DNA from: an uncultured SAR86 cluster bacterium
GTDB taxonomy: Bacteria; Pseudomonadota; Gammaproteobacteria; Magnimaribacterales; D2472
Reading direction: 5' to 3'
NCBI GenBank assembly: GCA_902515455.1
Contig: CABXUO010000001.1
Coordinates: forward strand, 7,297-71,296
Length of the DNA: 64,000 bases
Below, one piece after another: positions 49,659-58,299 of the stretch. The translations under genes and the position numbers were made by a program. Every line of letters begins with the position of its first letter. Position 1 is the stretch's first letter. The notes beneath the pieces were generated by a model that ran no database searches, was not told the origin of the DNA, and was given only the letters and a program-made list of their open reading frames with translations.

Positions 49659-50525
49659 TTAGTTTCTTATTAGCGGTCTTGTTAGGCAAGTAGGTCCACC
49701 TTCACCTTTTCGACTAATTTCATCACCTTTATAAAAACGAATTTTGCATCCAATCTTCTCAAGTTTATTTTTAATTTCAGGTAAATTTTCAAGCATGATA
49801 ATTGATCTTGGAGCTGTTGCCAAAATGTTACACCCCATTAATGGATATTCAGCTTCACTCACTTCAATAAATTCTATTCCTAATTTAGTGAGCCAGTTTA
49901 AAAATGTTTCAGGCATAAAAGGCTTATAGATAACTGCAAGATCTTTATCTAATGGTGAAATTATTGACATTAAATGCAAGACATCATCTGGATGATCTGG
50001 ATCAGGCAAATTTACAATATGTAGATCGATTTCTGGGCCTAAAATTTCTTTGAGTTGACGAATTCCTTCAGAATTGGTTCTTGGTCCTAAACCAACTGCA
50101 GCATTTTTATTATCTATCCAAATAAAATCACCGCCTTCAAGCGTCCCAGGTGATTTTATTTGTCCTGCAACTTTATACCCATTATCTGCAAGAGTTTTAA
50201 AATTCTCCTCTGCTTCAGGCGTTCTAGATGATCTTCCCATATTACATAGAATCAAACCTGAGTCACATACCAAAATACTATCTCTGGTATAAATACTATC
50301 TAAAGTTAACTTATCTGAGGAGGGGAGCTCAATGATCTTGATTTCATCTTCTTCAAGAAAACTCCTAAAATAATCGTATTCAATAATTGCTTTTTTTAGA
50401 TCTGGTTTTGCATGAAATCTAAGTGGCGTCCATTCATTTGTAATTTTTTCATCATTAACAAAGCTTGAAAGTGGAGACCTAATTGCAACCTCACTTATTT
50501 TAGAGTATTCATTTAATAGGTTCAT
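49659..50525 (-). CDS. guanidino-group-modifying enzyme (amidinotransferase / DDAH / arginine deiminase-like fold)
   Basis: YTRDS, LEGGDF, VLHLMS and a C-terminal GEGGPTCLTRPL (nucleophilic Cys), the order seen in the DDAH/ADI superfamily. Confidence 0.7.
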   Translation of the reverse strand: MNLLNEYSKISEVAIRSPLSSFVNDEKITNEWTPLRFHAKPDLKKAIIEYDYFRSFLEEDEIKIIELPSSDKLTLDSIYTRDSILVCDSGLILCNMGRSSRTPEAEENFKTLADNGYKVAGQIKSPGTLEGGDFIWIDNKNAAVGLGPRTNSEGIRQLKEILGPEIDLHIVNLPDPDHPDDVLHLMSIISPLDKDLAVIYKPFMPETFLNWLTKLGIEFIEVSEAEYPLMGCNILATAPRSIIMLENLPEIKNKLEKIGCKIRFYKGDEISRKGEGGPTCLTRPLIRN

Positions 50526-51829
50526 AATTCTGTTTTAAAAAGATATATAGGTGTTCCAATGAAAATTAGAATAACTGAATACATAATCATCTCTATGCCT
50601 GCTCCCCAAATAGCAAAAATTGCGTATAAAAAGGTCCCAAATGATATCAAAAAAGCATACTTTTTTTGCTGACTTTTTTTATTTGTATGCACAAATTTTA
50701 ATTCAGCCATAGCACAAAATGCATAGGCTATTAAAGTGGATAATGTTGAGAGCATGGCCATAAAAACAAATGCATTTATGATGCCTTTTGTATAATTCAA
50801 CATTAACAGAATACTTACAAATGTACCTGACAACAGATATGTAAATATAGGTGTGCCAGATTTTGTTAATGATATAAATTTAGCTGGAAGTAAGCCATCT
50901 CTTGCTGCTGCTAAACTTAAGTTACCTGCTGTAAGTGTGTTTGCATTTAATGAGCCCAAAGTAGAAACAAGAGCTCCAATAGTAATTAGTGTGCCGCCTG
51001 TAGATCCTAAAATTTTGCTAGCAGCTAAAGCAAATGGGGCAGAGGAATCTATGAGTTCTTTTGCTGGAACGATCAATGCAATCGCAAAACTTACTAGGAT
51101 ATAAAGAGTCAAAATTGTTAAAACAGATGCTATTAAAACTTTTGGGATAGTTTCTTGAGGATTAATTACATTATCTGCAGGAACTGTTGCAGTTTCAATT
51201 CCAATGAATGACCACATAACTAAGGTCGTGACAGTACCTAGCAATGAAAGAGGGTGAAGGTTGGTTGGATTAAACTCCGGCAAGTTACTAACATTTAAAT
51301 TTGACGCGCCGAGAAAAATAATTAATAGAAGAGGTAATAATTTCAATAGAGTTGAAATTAGCTGAAATCTACTACTGTTTTCTATGCTTTTAATATTTAG
51401 AAGTACAACAGCCCAAACTAACAACAGTGAAGCAATCAAAGAATGAATTGGCGAATCGCTAATATTTGGAATAAAAAAACCTAAATAGCCAACAAAGGCT
51501 ATTGATATTCCCGCAATTGCAGAAATACATGCAATCCAATAAGTCCAGGCAATTATAAAGCCAGAAAAACTTCCCAGTGCTTCATTGACATAAACATAAG
51601 GACCTCCAGTCTTTGGCATTCTTATTACCAGTTGAGCCATCGTTAGGGCAACTAAGATTGATCCTAGTCCTGCTATAAGCCAACCAAAGAAACCAAGCAT
51701 CCCGTAGGGTGCTAAAATTGTAGGCATCATAAAAATCCCTGAGCCAATAGCGCAGCCAACTGCTATGGACCAGCCCCTCCAAAATCCAATAACTCTATGT
51801 TGATTAGAATTCATCAAATGATAATACAC
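50522..51829 (-). CDS. APC-superfamily amino acid/polyamine permease
   Basis: 12-TM protein. GCAIGSGIFMMP and GGPYVYV motifs resemble basic amino acid/polyamine antiporters. Its stop overlaps the next start (ATGA). Confidence 0.8.
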   Translation of the reverse strand: MYYHLMNSNQHRVIGFWRGWSIAVGCAIGSGIFMMPTILAPYGMLGFFGWLIAGLGSILVALTMAQLVIRMPKTGGPYVYVNEALGSFSGFIIAWTYWIACISAIAGISIAFVGYLGFFIPNISDSPIHSLIASLLLVWAVVLLNIKSIENSSRFQLISTLLKLLPLLLIIFLGASNLNVSNLPEFNPTNLHPLSLLGTVTTLVMWSFIGIETATVPADNVINPQETIPKVLIASVLTILTLYILVSFAIALIVPAKELIDSSAPFALAASKILGSTGGTLITIGALVSTLGSLNANTLTAGNLSLAAARDGLLPAKFISLTKSGTPIFTYLLSGTFVSILLMLNYTKGIINAFVFMAMLSTLSTLIAYAFCAMAELKFVHTNKKSQQKKYAFLISFGTFLYAIFAIWGAGIEMIMYSVILIFIGTPIYLFKTEL

Positions 51830-51907
51830 CTAAAAAATAAGGTTTTTTAATAATATGAAGTTCTCATCAAGACACGATGAGTAATAAGAGAATTTAGATA
51901 AAGCGAT

Positions 51908-52504
51908 TTAAGATTTTTTTGCCATCATTATTACTAATTTATATAAGATCGGCGCCATGATTAACCATGGTAATTGTGTCTGAAACATAACGCTCCTTTC
52001 ATTGAACTCAAACAGTAGTGGATTAAAGTATTGGCCAGTTGGTGCGAAGGGAGCCCATGAAAGTATTTTCCCCTCTGACAATTGATCATGATATAAAAAA
52101 AGTTCTACAAAGAGATTTTGTGTAATGCACCATAAAAGTAGGATACTAAATGCAGACCAGTTCCATTGCTCAAATATCAATGAATTTTTATCACTCCATT
52201 TCCACATTAACCACAAACCTACAAAAGAGATCGTTCCAGCATCTGCCATTGAATTTAATAGCCAATTTATATGAATGGGAATCCATTCATTTAAAACGCT
52301 GGATCTCCTTAAATTAACTGGATCTCCATCAATCCACCCATATGTGAACCAGAGCTCCCAACCCAATGAGCACATAATGAACATACCAGCATATAAGGAT
52401 GGAACCCATTTTGGGATTTTATCCTTGTGATAAAAGTAAATAACTAGAGGAACAAGAGCACTAACATAAACAATTAATATTACTCTTAGTTCCTCTAGCG
52501 TCAT
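51908..52504 (-). CDS. Trp-rich polytopic membrane protein, unknown function
   Basis: 198 aa with about 5-6 hydrophobic segments and many Trp residues (GWELWFTYGW, LWLMWKW, EQWNW). No family recognised. 3 nt downstream of the DUF4177 gene. Confidence 0.6.
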   Translation of the reverse strand: MTLEELRVILIVYVSALVPLVIYFYHKDKIPKWVPSLYAGMFIMCSLGWELWFTYGWIDGDPVNLRRSSVLNEWIPIHINWLLNSMADAGTISFVGLWLMWKWSDKNSLIFEQWNWSAFSILLLWCITQNLFVELFLYHDQLSEGKILSWAPFAPTGQYFNPLLFEFNERSVMFQTQLPWLIMAPILYKLVIMMAKKS

Positions 52505-52507
52505 TAA

Positions 52508-52723
52508 TTAAATTTGACGTCTTAAGTATATTTGTTTTGGGCCATCTTGAGAGATTAATTCCCAGCTTTCTTTCCCAAGTTTATTTAACTCAATTCTAGA
52601 CATCTCATATTTCCAATGTACAGCATCTTTATGTTCAATCTTAAATGCTTCAGTCTCTTCGTTTGAGTAACCCATAGCTGTTGAATTGCTATGATCGACA
52701 ATTTTATATTCCCATTTTGTCAT
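52508..52723 (-). CDS. DUF4177-like small protein (71 aa)
   Basis: MTKWEYKIV... ...LNKLGKESWELIS matches the WEYK / LN..G..GWEL pattern of DUF4177. GGAG RBS 7 nt upstream. Confidence 0.6.
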   Translation of the reverse strand: MTKWEYKIVDHSNSTAMGYSNEETEAFKIEHKDAVHWKYEMSRIELNKLGKESWELISQDGPKQIYLRRQI

Positions 52724-52752
52724 TTTTTCATCTCCTGCCGGTTGGCAATAAG

Positions 52753-52805
52753 ATGCGTTCCTTCAGTATCATTACTTACTTCCGTCCTATGAAAGGATGA
52801 ACGAT
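52753..52805 (-). ncRNA. candidate glutamine riboswitch (glnA-RNA / Downstream-peptide class), cis-regulatory leader
   Basis: The minus-strand RNA reads AUCGUUCAUCCUUUCAUAGGACGGAAGUAAGUAAUGAUACUGAAGGAACGCAU. P1 is CGUUC/GAACG. Hairpin UCCU-uucau-AGGA. Conserved ACGGAAGUA. Hairpin AGUA-auga-UACU. Conserved GAAGGAACGC. It lies 29 nt upstream of the DUF4177 ATG. Confidence 0.65.
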
Positions 52806-52811
52806 AAGATA

Positions 52812-52841
52812 ATTTTCACAAATTATGTTCATCGGTGTCAA
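52812..52841 (-). promoter_or_regulatory. sigma-70-like promoter for the riboswitch leader
   Basis: The minus strand has TTGACA (52836-52841), an 18-nt spacer and GAAAAT (52812-52817). The predicted start falls about 7 nt downstream, at the first aptamer nucleotides. Confidence 0.4.
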
Positions 52842-52884
52842 ATTTGAAATGATATTTCATCAAATATGATGGTTATCTGTTACA

Positions 52885-52912
52885 TTTACTTATTTCTAAA
52901 AGTCTTTAAAAT
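52885..52912 (+). promoter_or_regulatory. sigma-70-like promoter for tRNA-Ser
   Basis: TTTACT-N16-TAAAAT ends 17 nt before the mature tRNA 5' end. Confidence 0.35.
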
Positions 52913-52929
52913 GCCTTACCTTAAGGAAT

Positions 52930-53019
52930 GGAGAGATGGCAGAGCGGTTGAATGCACTGGTCTTGAAAACCAGCAAACCTTCGCGGGTTTCCAGGGTTCG
53001 AATCCCTGTCTCTCCGCCA
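52930..53019 (+). tRNA. tRNA-Ser (anticodon UGA), CCA encoded
   Basis: Acceptor GGAGAGA/TCTCTCC. Anticodon stem CTGGT/ACCAG with loop CTTGAAA. Long variable arm AAACC-ttcgc-GGGTTT. T arm CAGGG-TTCGAAT-CCCTG. Discriminator G plus CCA. Confidence 0.95.
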
Positions 53020-53023
53020 GTTT

Positions 53024-54355
53024 TTAGTTGCTCAAACTAGAATAGAGTAATGTTTTAAGTTCCTCTCGAAGTGGATATTTATCCGATGGCATGTACTGCG
53101 TCATCATTGTAGCTGCAACATTATTTTTTTTATCCACCCAGAAAATTGTGCTAGCAGCACCACCCCAAAAAAATTCTCCCTTTGAAGAATAAGTTCCAGC
53201 AACACCAGGATTCATAATAGTTCCAACTGTTAATCCGAAACCAACACCTTCTAATCCAAAAGCAGATCCATCTTTTAGAATTTCATCTGAGAGATGATTA
53301 TTTGACATCAAATTTACAGATGCTTCACTGAGGATTCTGACACCATTTAAAATACCACCATTTAAAAGCATCTCAGCAAATTTACTATAATCATCTATAT
53401 TCGAGACTAGACCTGAACCACCATCATAAAGTTTTGAGGAATTTGTAAGATATGGCGACTTATCAAAGGCGTCTATTGGTCTAAGTTCTTTGGAAAATAT
53501 AAGCTCAGCTTGATTTAAACCAGAAGGAGCAACAATTTCTCCATCTCTCGAAAATGCTCCTGAGGTATAAAGTGTTGTAAATGAATCCTTATCACTTTCA
53601 TTTACTGAAAAGCCAATACTTTCAAGTCCCAATGGATCAAATATATTTTTTTGAAGATACTCAGCAAATGTCATTTTTGAAATCACTTCAACCACGCATC
53701 CCAAAATATCCATATTAATTCCATATGACCATTTTTCTCCTGGATTATGAAGGAGAGGTACAGAGGCTGCAGCAGTAGAAAACTGGCAGGTATTGCCTGG
53801 AAATTTATTTAGTTCTGCATCCACAGCTCCAAAATAATAGGGACGAATATTATATTTTCTATACATTTGGTTAACTGGACCTTCACCAGCCCAGCTGTAA
53901 GTAAGGCCACTTGTATGAGTTAATAAGTCTCTAATTGTTACTTCTCTTTTTGGTTTTACCACATAATCTTGAAAATCAAGATTGATAACTTTTGTATTTT
54001 TAAAAGCAGGAATATATTTAGAAACCTTGTCATTTAATCTTAATTTTCCACTCTCAATGAGTTGCATAATTGCAACGCCAGTAACCGGCTTTGTCATTGA
54101 GTAAATTCTAAAAACAGTTTTTTTGTCTATATTTATATTTTTTTCAATATCCGCATATCCGTGAGTGTGACGAAATATTTCTTTACTATCTTTTTTTATT
54201 AGAATTGAGATATTAGGTAAACTGCCGTTATTAACATATTCATTAAAATGATTTGAAATTCTTTTTTTGTCTTCTGAGTCAAGCGAGCTTGCAGAAATTT
54301 GCAATGATATTAAAAAAAATAATATTAATGATCTAAAGATTCTCATAAATTTCAC
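53024..54355 (-). CDS. serine hydrolase, beta-lactamase (class C)/esterase family, secreted
   Basis: Signal peptide, S-x-x-K motif SMTKPVTG, and downstream Tyr and GG motifs. Confidence 0.8.
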   Translation of the reverse strand: MKFMRIFRSLILFFLISLQISASSLDSEDKKRISNHFNEYVNNGSLPNISILIKKDSKEIFRHTHGYADIEKNINIDKKTVFRIYSMTKPVTGVAIMQLIESGKLRLNDKVSKYIPAFKNTKVINLDFQDYVVKPKREVTIRDLLTHTSGLTYSWAGEGPVNQMYRKYNIRPYYFGAVDAELNKFPGNTCQFSTAAASVPLLHNPGEKWSYGINMDILGCVVEVISKMTFAEYLQKNIFDPLGLESIGFSVNESDKDSFTTLYTSGAFSRDGEIVAPSGLNQAELIFSKELRPIDAFDKSPYLTNSSKLYDGGSGLVSNIDDYSKFAEMLLNGGILNGVRILSEASVNLMSNNHLSDEILKDGSAFGLEGVGFGLTVGTIMNPGVAGTYSSKGEFFWGGAASTIFWVDKKNNVAATMMTQYMPSDKYPLREELKTLLYSSLSN

Positions 54356-54395
54356 CTATAATTTATGCTAATCATTTTATTACACTAATGGGCTA

Positions 54396-54800
54396 ATGGC
54401 ATCCTCCAAAGTAAATCTTAATAATCCTCCAAAATTTTTATCAATCTTAGGATCCAAAAATGTAAATTTTGATGAAAATAATGAATCTATTACTATGACT
54501 TTTGATATTAGCGATGAGCTTACTCATTCGGGTGGAAAGATAGTGCAGGGTGGATTTATCACAGCCATGCTTGATACTTCTATGGCGCATCTTCTAATCT
54601 TTGTTAAAAAAGGAGAATATAATCCGTTAACATTAAACATTAATGTTGCATTTGTTGCATCAGGATCACCAGGTATTTTTACTGCAAAAGCAAAGATAGA
54701 AAAATTAGGCAATAGTATTGTTTTCACTTCTGGCTCACTACATCAAGAAGATAGATTGATTGCCACTGCTACATCAACTAATAAACTTATTAAATTTTAA
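54396..54800 (+). CDS. PaaI-family hotdog-fold thioesterase
   Basis: 134 aa, with the GGKIVQGGFITAMLDTSMA core typical of PaaI/YbdB thioesterases. Confidence 0.7.
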   Translation: MASSKVNLNNPPKFLSILGSKNVNFDENNESITMTFDISDELTHSGGKIVQGGFITAMLDTSMAHLLIFVKKGEYNPLTLNINVAFVASGSPGIFTAKAKIEKLGNSIVFTSGSLHQEDRLIATATSTNKLIKF

Positions 54801-54820
54801 AACTAATTTGTCAGATCAAA

Positions 54821-55909
54821 ATGAATGAGAAAGAAAAGTTTTTTAATTTTATGGATAGTGTAAAACCAGAGAAAGACTTTATAGAAGAAGACGTTCCAAA
54901 AGCTCCAAATTATCATGATAAATTATTTTGGGCAGCTTTACCCGAAAGAGACGGCTTGCATAACTTGTCACCTGATGAAAAACCATCAATGGAAATTAAA
55001 AATTTTGATGTTTTTTATATTCATCCAACTGGCTATTTTTTAAAACATTGGAATGAACCGCTTGAGGATGATTCAGCTTCATATGAGAGGACTGGTAGTC
55101 ATCTGGCATCTCAAGCATCTGCATTTTCAGAGACATGTAATGTATATGCACCTTACTACAGACAAGCAACATATTTTTCATTCTATGATACTCAGTCAAA
55201 TGGTGTTCAAGCTCAAGATGTTGCCTATTCAGACATTGCGAATGCTTTTACTGTTTATATGGAAAAATATAACTCCGGAAGACCATTCTTTATAGCAGGT
55301 CATAGTCAGGGAGCGTTGCATGGACAAAGATTAATTCATGAATATATTTCTTTGAATCCAAATAGGGAAAAATTTATCGCAGCATATTTGATTGGATACA
55401 TATTACCAATAAAACATTTCAATACTTTATATCCTGATCTTTACATTTCTAAATCTGCAGATGATCAAAAATCAATCATTTCATGGAGCACAGGTTTAGA
55501 AGGATTCAGGAGAAGTAGAGCCTATTCAATGTTTTGGTTGCCTCAAGGTTGGACCACCGAAAACATGGAACAACCTATAGTTTGTCAAAATCCTTTGTGT
55601 TGGACATCAAACAAAGATTGGCAACAAGATAAAAATAATATCATCATTCGACTCAGATCAAATAATCCTTTTCTAACCGATTATTCAGCTACAAAACATC
55701 AGCATTCTAAGATATCAATTGAATCTATTGATGATCTAAATTTTGAAGCCAGATATTCTAAAAATTTTATGATTGAAACAAGAGGAACGCTAATTGATAA
55801 AATTAAATCGTTTGCTCCTAATGGAGATCTTCATAACTTCGATATGTCACTATTTTGGGGCGCGATAAGAAACAATGTAAAACAAAGAGCAAATGCATTT
55901 TCAACATAA
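54821..55909 (+). CDS. DUF3089-type alpha/beta hydrolase
   Basis: DVFYIHPTGY and the GHSQGA nucleophile elbow are characteristic of DUF3089 lipase-like proteins. Confidence 0.65.
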   Translation: MNEKEKFFNFMDSVKPEKDFIEEDVPKAPNYHDKLFWAALPERDGLHNLSPDEKPSMEIKNFDVFYIHPTGYFLKHWNEPLEDDSASYERTGSHLASQASAFSETCNVYAPYYRQATYFSFYDTQSNGVQAQDVAYSDIANAFTVYMEKYNSGRPFFIAGHSQGALHGQRLIHEYISLNPNREKFIAAYLIGYILPIKHFNTLYPDLYISKSADDQKSIISWSTGLEGFRRSRAYSMFWLPQGWTTENMEQPIVCQNPLCWTSNKDWQQDKNNIIIRLRSNNPFLTDYSATKHQHSKISIESIDDLNFEARYSKNFMIETRGTLIDKIKSFAPNGDLHNFDMSLFWGAIRNNVKQRANAFST

Positions 55910-56843
55910 AATAATTATTTTTTTCTTTTTAATTATATGCATTGATGTAAATTCATATGACGAGGGCTATTCTTTAAACGAAAATACAAAAATTGCATAC
56001 AGAGACTATGGTCCTCCATCTGGCACTCCAATATTGCTAGTCACAGGATTAGGCGCTCAATTAACTCTTTGGCCTGAGTTCTTGATAGATGAATTACAAG
56101 CAAATAATTTTAGACCTATCGTTTATGACAACAGAGATGTTGGACTTTCAACAAGATTTTCTTCGGAGCCCTCTCAATTTCTAAACTATTTAAAATATTT
56201 TTTATTTATTCCAATTAACCCTGAATATTCAATTGAAGATATGGCATCTGATGGTATATCTGTTTTAGATGAATTGAAAATTGACCAATCTCATATTTTA
56301 GGAATGTCCATGGGAGGCATGATTTCCCAAGTTATGGTTGCTAATTATCCATCAAGAGTTAAGTCATTTACGATGATTTCATCTACAGCATCAACTCCTA
56401 ATCCATTTAATGGTCCAGAATTTAAGGTTACAAGACAATTATTAAAAAGAACTGCTGCAAAAGATGATATTGAGGGCAGGATAGATCAATCTATTAAGCT
56501 TTTTGAACTTATTGGGACACCTGATACTAATTATGATACTCCTGAATTTAGAGATGCTATGCGTGCATATATAAAAAGGGGAGGAGATGACGGGGGTTTT
56601 ATCAGACAAATGGCAGCCATTGTTGGTTCAAAAAATAGAAAAGAATTAATTAAATCTATAGAGACTCCAACATTAATTATTCATGGAGATATTGATCCAC
56701 TAATTAAAGTGAAAAATGCATATCAAGCTCATAAATTTATTGACTCAAGTGAGCTTGTAATAGTTGAAGGAATGGGGCATTTATTAGATAAAAAGGCTTT
56801 TGAAAAGTTTCAAACTCAGCTAATTAAATTTTTAAAAAATTAA
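55893..56843 (+). CDS. alpha/beta hydrolase, secreted
   Basis: Signal peptide, GMSMGG nucleophile elbow, and a C-terminal GMGHLL histidine. Confidence 0.8.
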   Translation: MHFQHKIIIFFFLIICIDVNSYDEGYSLNENTKIAYRDYGPPSGTPILLVTGLGAQLTLWPEFLIDELQANNFRPIVYDNRDVGLSTRFSSEPSQFLNYLKYFLFIPINPEYSIEDMASDGISVLDELKIDQSHILGMSMGGMISQVMVANYPSRVKSFTMISSTASTPNPFNGPEFKVTRQLLKRTAAKDDIEGRIDQSIKLFELIGTPDTNYDTPEFRDAMRAYIKRGGDDGGFIRQMAAIVGSKNRKELIKSIETPTLIIHGDIDPLIKVKNAYQAHKFIDSSELVIVEGMGHLLDKKAFEKFQTQLIKFLKN

Positions 56844-56877
56844 ACTGAAAACCTAGTTTTTTTCTATACAATATCGC

Positions 56878-58281
56878 ATGGCTATAGATGTAAAAGAAAA
56901 ATTTTTTTATGCCTCGGGTGCAATTGCAAATGGAGTTAAGAATGATGCTTTTACATTCTTCCTCTTGTTTTTTTATTCAAATGTTATAGGTCTAACCCCA
57001 GGATTAGCTAGTTTAGCTATTTTTATAGCACTGTTAGTGGATGCATTTACAGATCCACTGATGGGGGTTATATCCGACAGAACCCAACATAAACTAGGTA
57101 GGAGACACCCATATTTTTTATTAGGTATGATTCCCATGGCATTGTCTTACTTTATGCTTTTTTCTATCCAGACTTCTTGGGAGCTATCTCAGCAATATTT
57201 ATTTTTGTGGATGCTAAGTTTCACATTATTAACTAGATTAGGGATGACAATTTTTGAAGTACCCCATAGGTCATTAGGAAGTGAAATGACAAGATCCTAC
57301 ATTGAAAGAACCTCCATATTTGCTGCAAGAGAATTGCTTGGGTGGTTTGGAGGACTATTTAATGCCTTTTTGGCATACACAATCTTTTTTAAAGATACTC
57401 CAGATTATATGCCGGGTACAAAAAATCCTGATCCTTGGATCTACTACGGCATGACTGGCGCGAGTATTATGTGCATATCAGTTTTGCTAACTTATTTTGG
57501 CACTCTAAAGTATCGCAATCACTCTGATGAATATATAGCCACTGTAAACCTGAAATTAATTCTTAATCAGATTTTTATTGCCTTAAAAAATAAATCTTTT
57601 TTAATCTTTTTCTTTGGCTATTTGTTTATTGCTGTTAGTTGGGGTATGGGGAGTTCGTTACAAATATATATGAATACATATTTCTGGGAATTTAAATCAA
57701 TTATGCTTGCTTCATATCTAGGCATATATGTCTTATCAACATTAAGTGCTTTTTTAATAGTCCCAAGATTAGTTCGAGTGATTGAAAAAAGAACTATTCT
57801 GTTAATTGCTATAAGTTTTGCAGCATTAATACCGCCAATACCAATAATTTTATTTATAAATGACTTTTTACCTGATACAGGAACTTGGCATCTTTTTTAT
57901 GTAACAGTTCCATTTGTATACATTGCTAATACTTGCTTATCCTCAAGTGCGATAATTAGAGAATCCATGTTAGGAGATATTAGTGATGAGGTTGAATTAG
58001 AGAGTGGAATTGGGCAGCAAGGACTAATGTTTGCTTCAAGCTCCTTGATTGGAAAATTAAATACAGGATTGGGAATTTTAATGGCAGGCATTACTTTAGA
58101 AGTTATAAATTTTCCTCAAGGAACAAATGTTGATCCAACTGCAGAAAATATATTTAATCTTGCAATGGTTCAAGGCCCGTTAGTAGCTATTTTAATGATC
58201 ATTCCATTTGGGATATTTTCACTATATAGGATAGATAGATATAGACATCAAGAAATTCTTGCTAAACTAGGACCTAAATAA
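56878..58281 (+). CDS. GPH-family (MelB-like) MFS cation symporter
   Basis: DAFTDPLMGVISDRTQHKLGRRHPY is the glycoside-pentoside-hexuronide family signature. 12 TM. Confidence 0.8.
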   Translation: MAIDVKEKFFYASGAIANGVKNDAFTFFLLFFYSNVIGLTPGLASLAIFIALLVDAFTDPLMGVISDRTQHKLGRRHPYFLLGMIPMALSYFMLFSIQTSWELSQQYLFLWMLSFTLLTRLGMTIFEVPHRSLGSEMTRSYIERTSIFAARELLGWFGGLFNAFLAYTIFFKDTPDYMPGTKNPDPWIYYGMTGASIMCISVLLTYFGTLKYRNHSDEYIATVNLKLILNQIFIALKNKSFLIFFFGYLFIAVSWGMGSSLQIYMNTYFWEFKSIMLASYLGIYVLSTLSAFLIVPRLVRVIEKRTILLIAISFAALIPPIPIILFINDFLPDTGTWHLFYVTVPFVYIANTCLSSSAIIRESMLGDISDEVELESGIGQQGLMFASSSLIGKLNTGLGILMAGITLEVINFPQGTNVDPTAENIFNLAMVQGPLVAILMIIPFGIFSLYRIDRYRHQEILAKLGPK

Positions 58282-58299
58282 CATTATTCATTCAGTATT

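Noticed and set aside
52753-52805. Guanidine riboswitch reading of the leader (ACGG motif, guanidino-enzyme operon downstream)
   Set aside because: The element lacks the paired ACGR-tetraloop hairpins of mini-ykkC and the longer ykkC architecture. The CGUUC...ACGGAAGUA...GAAGGAACG pattern fits the glutamine aptamer much better.
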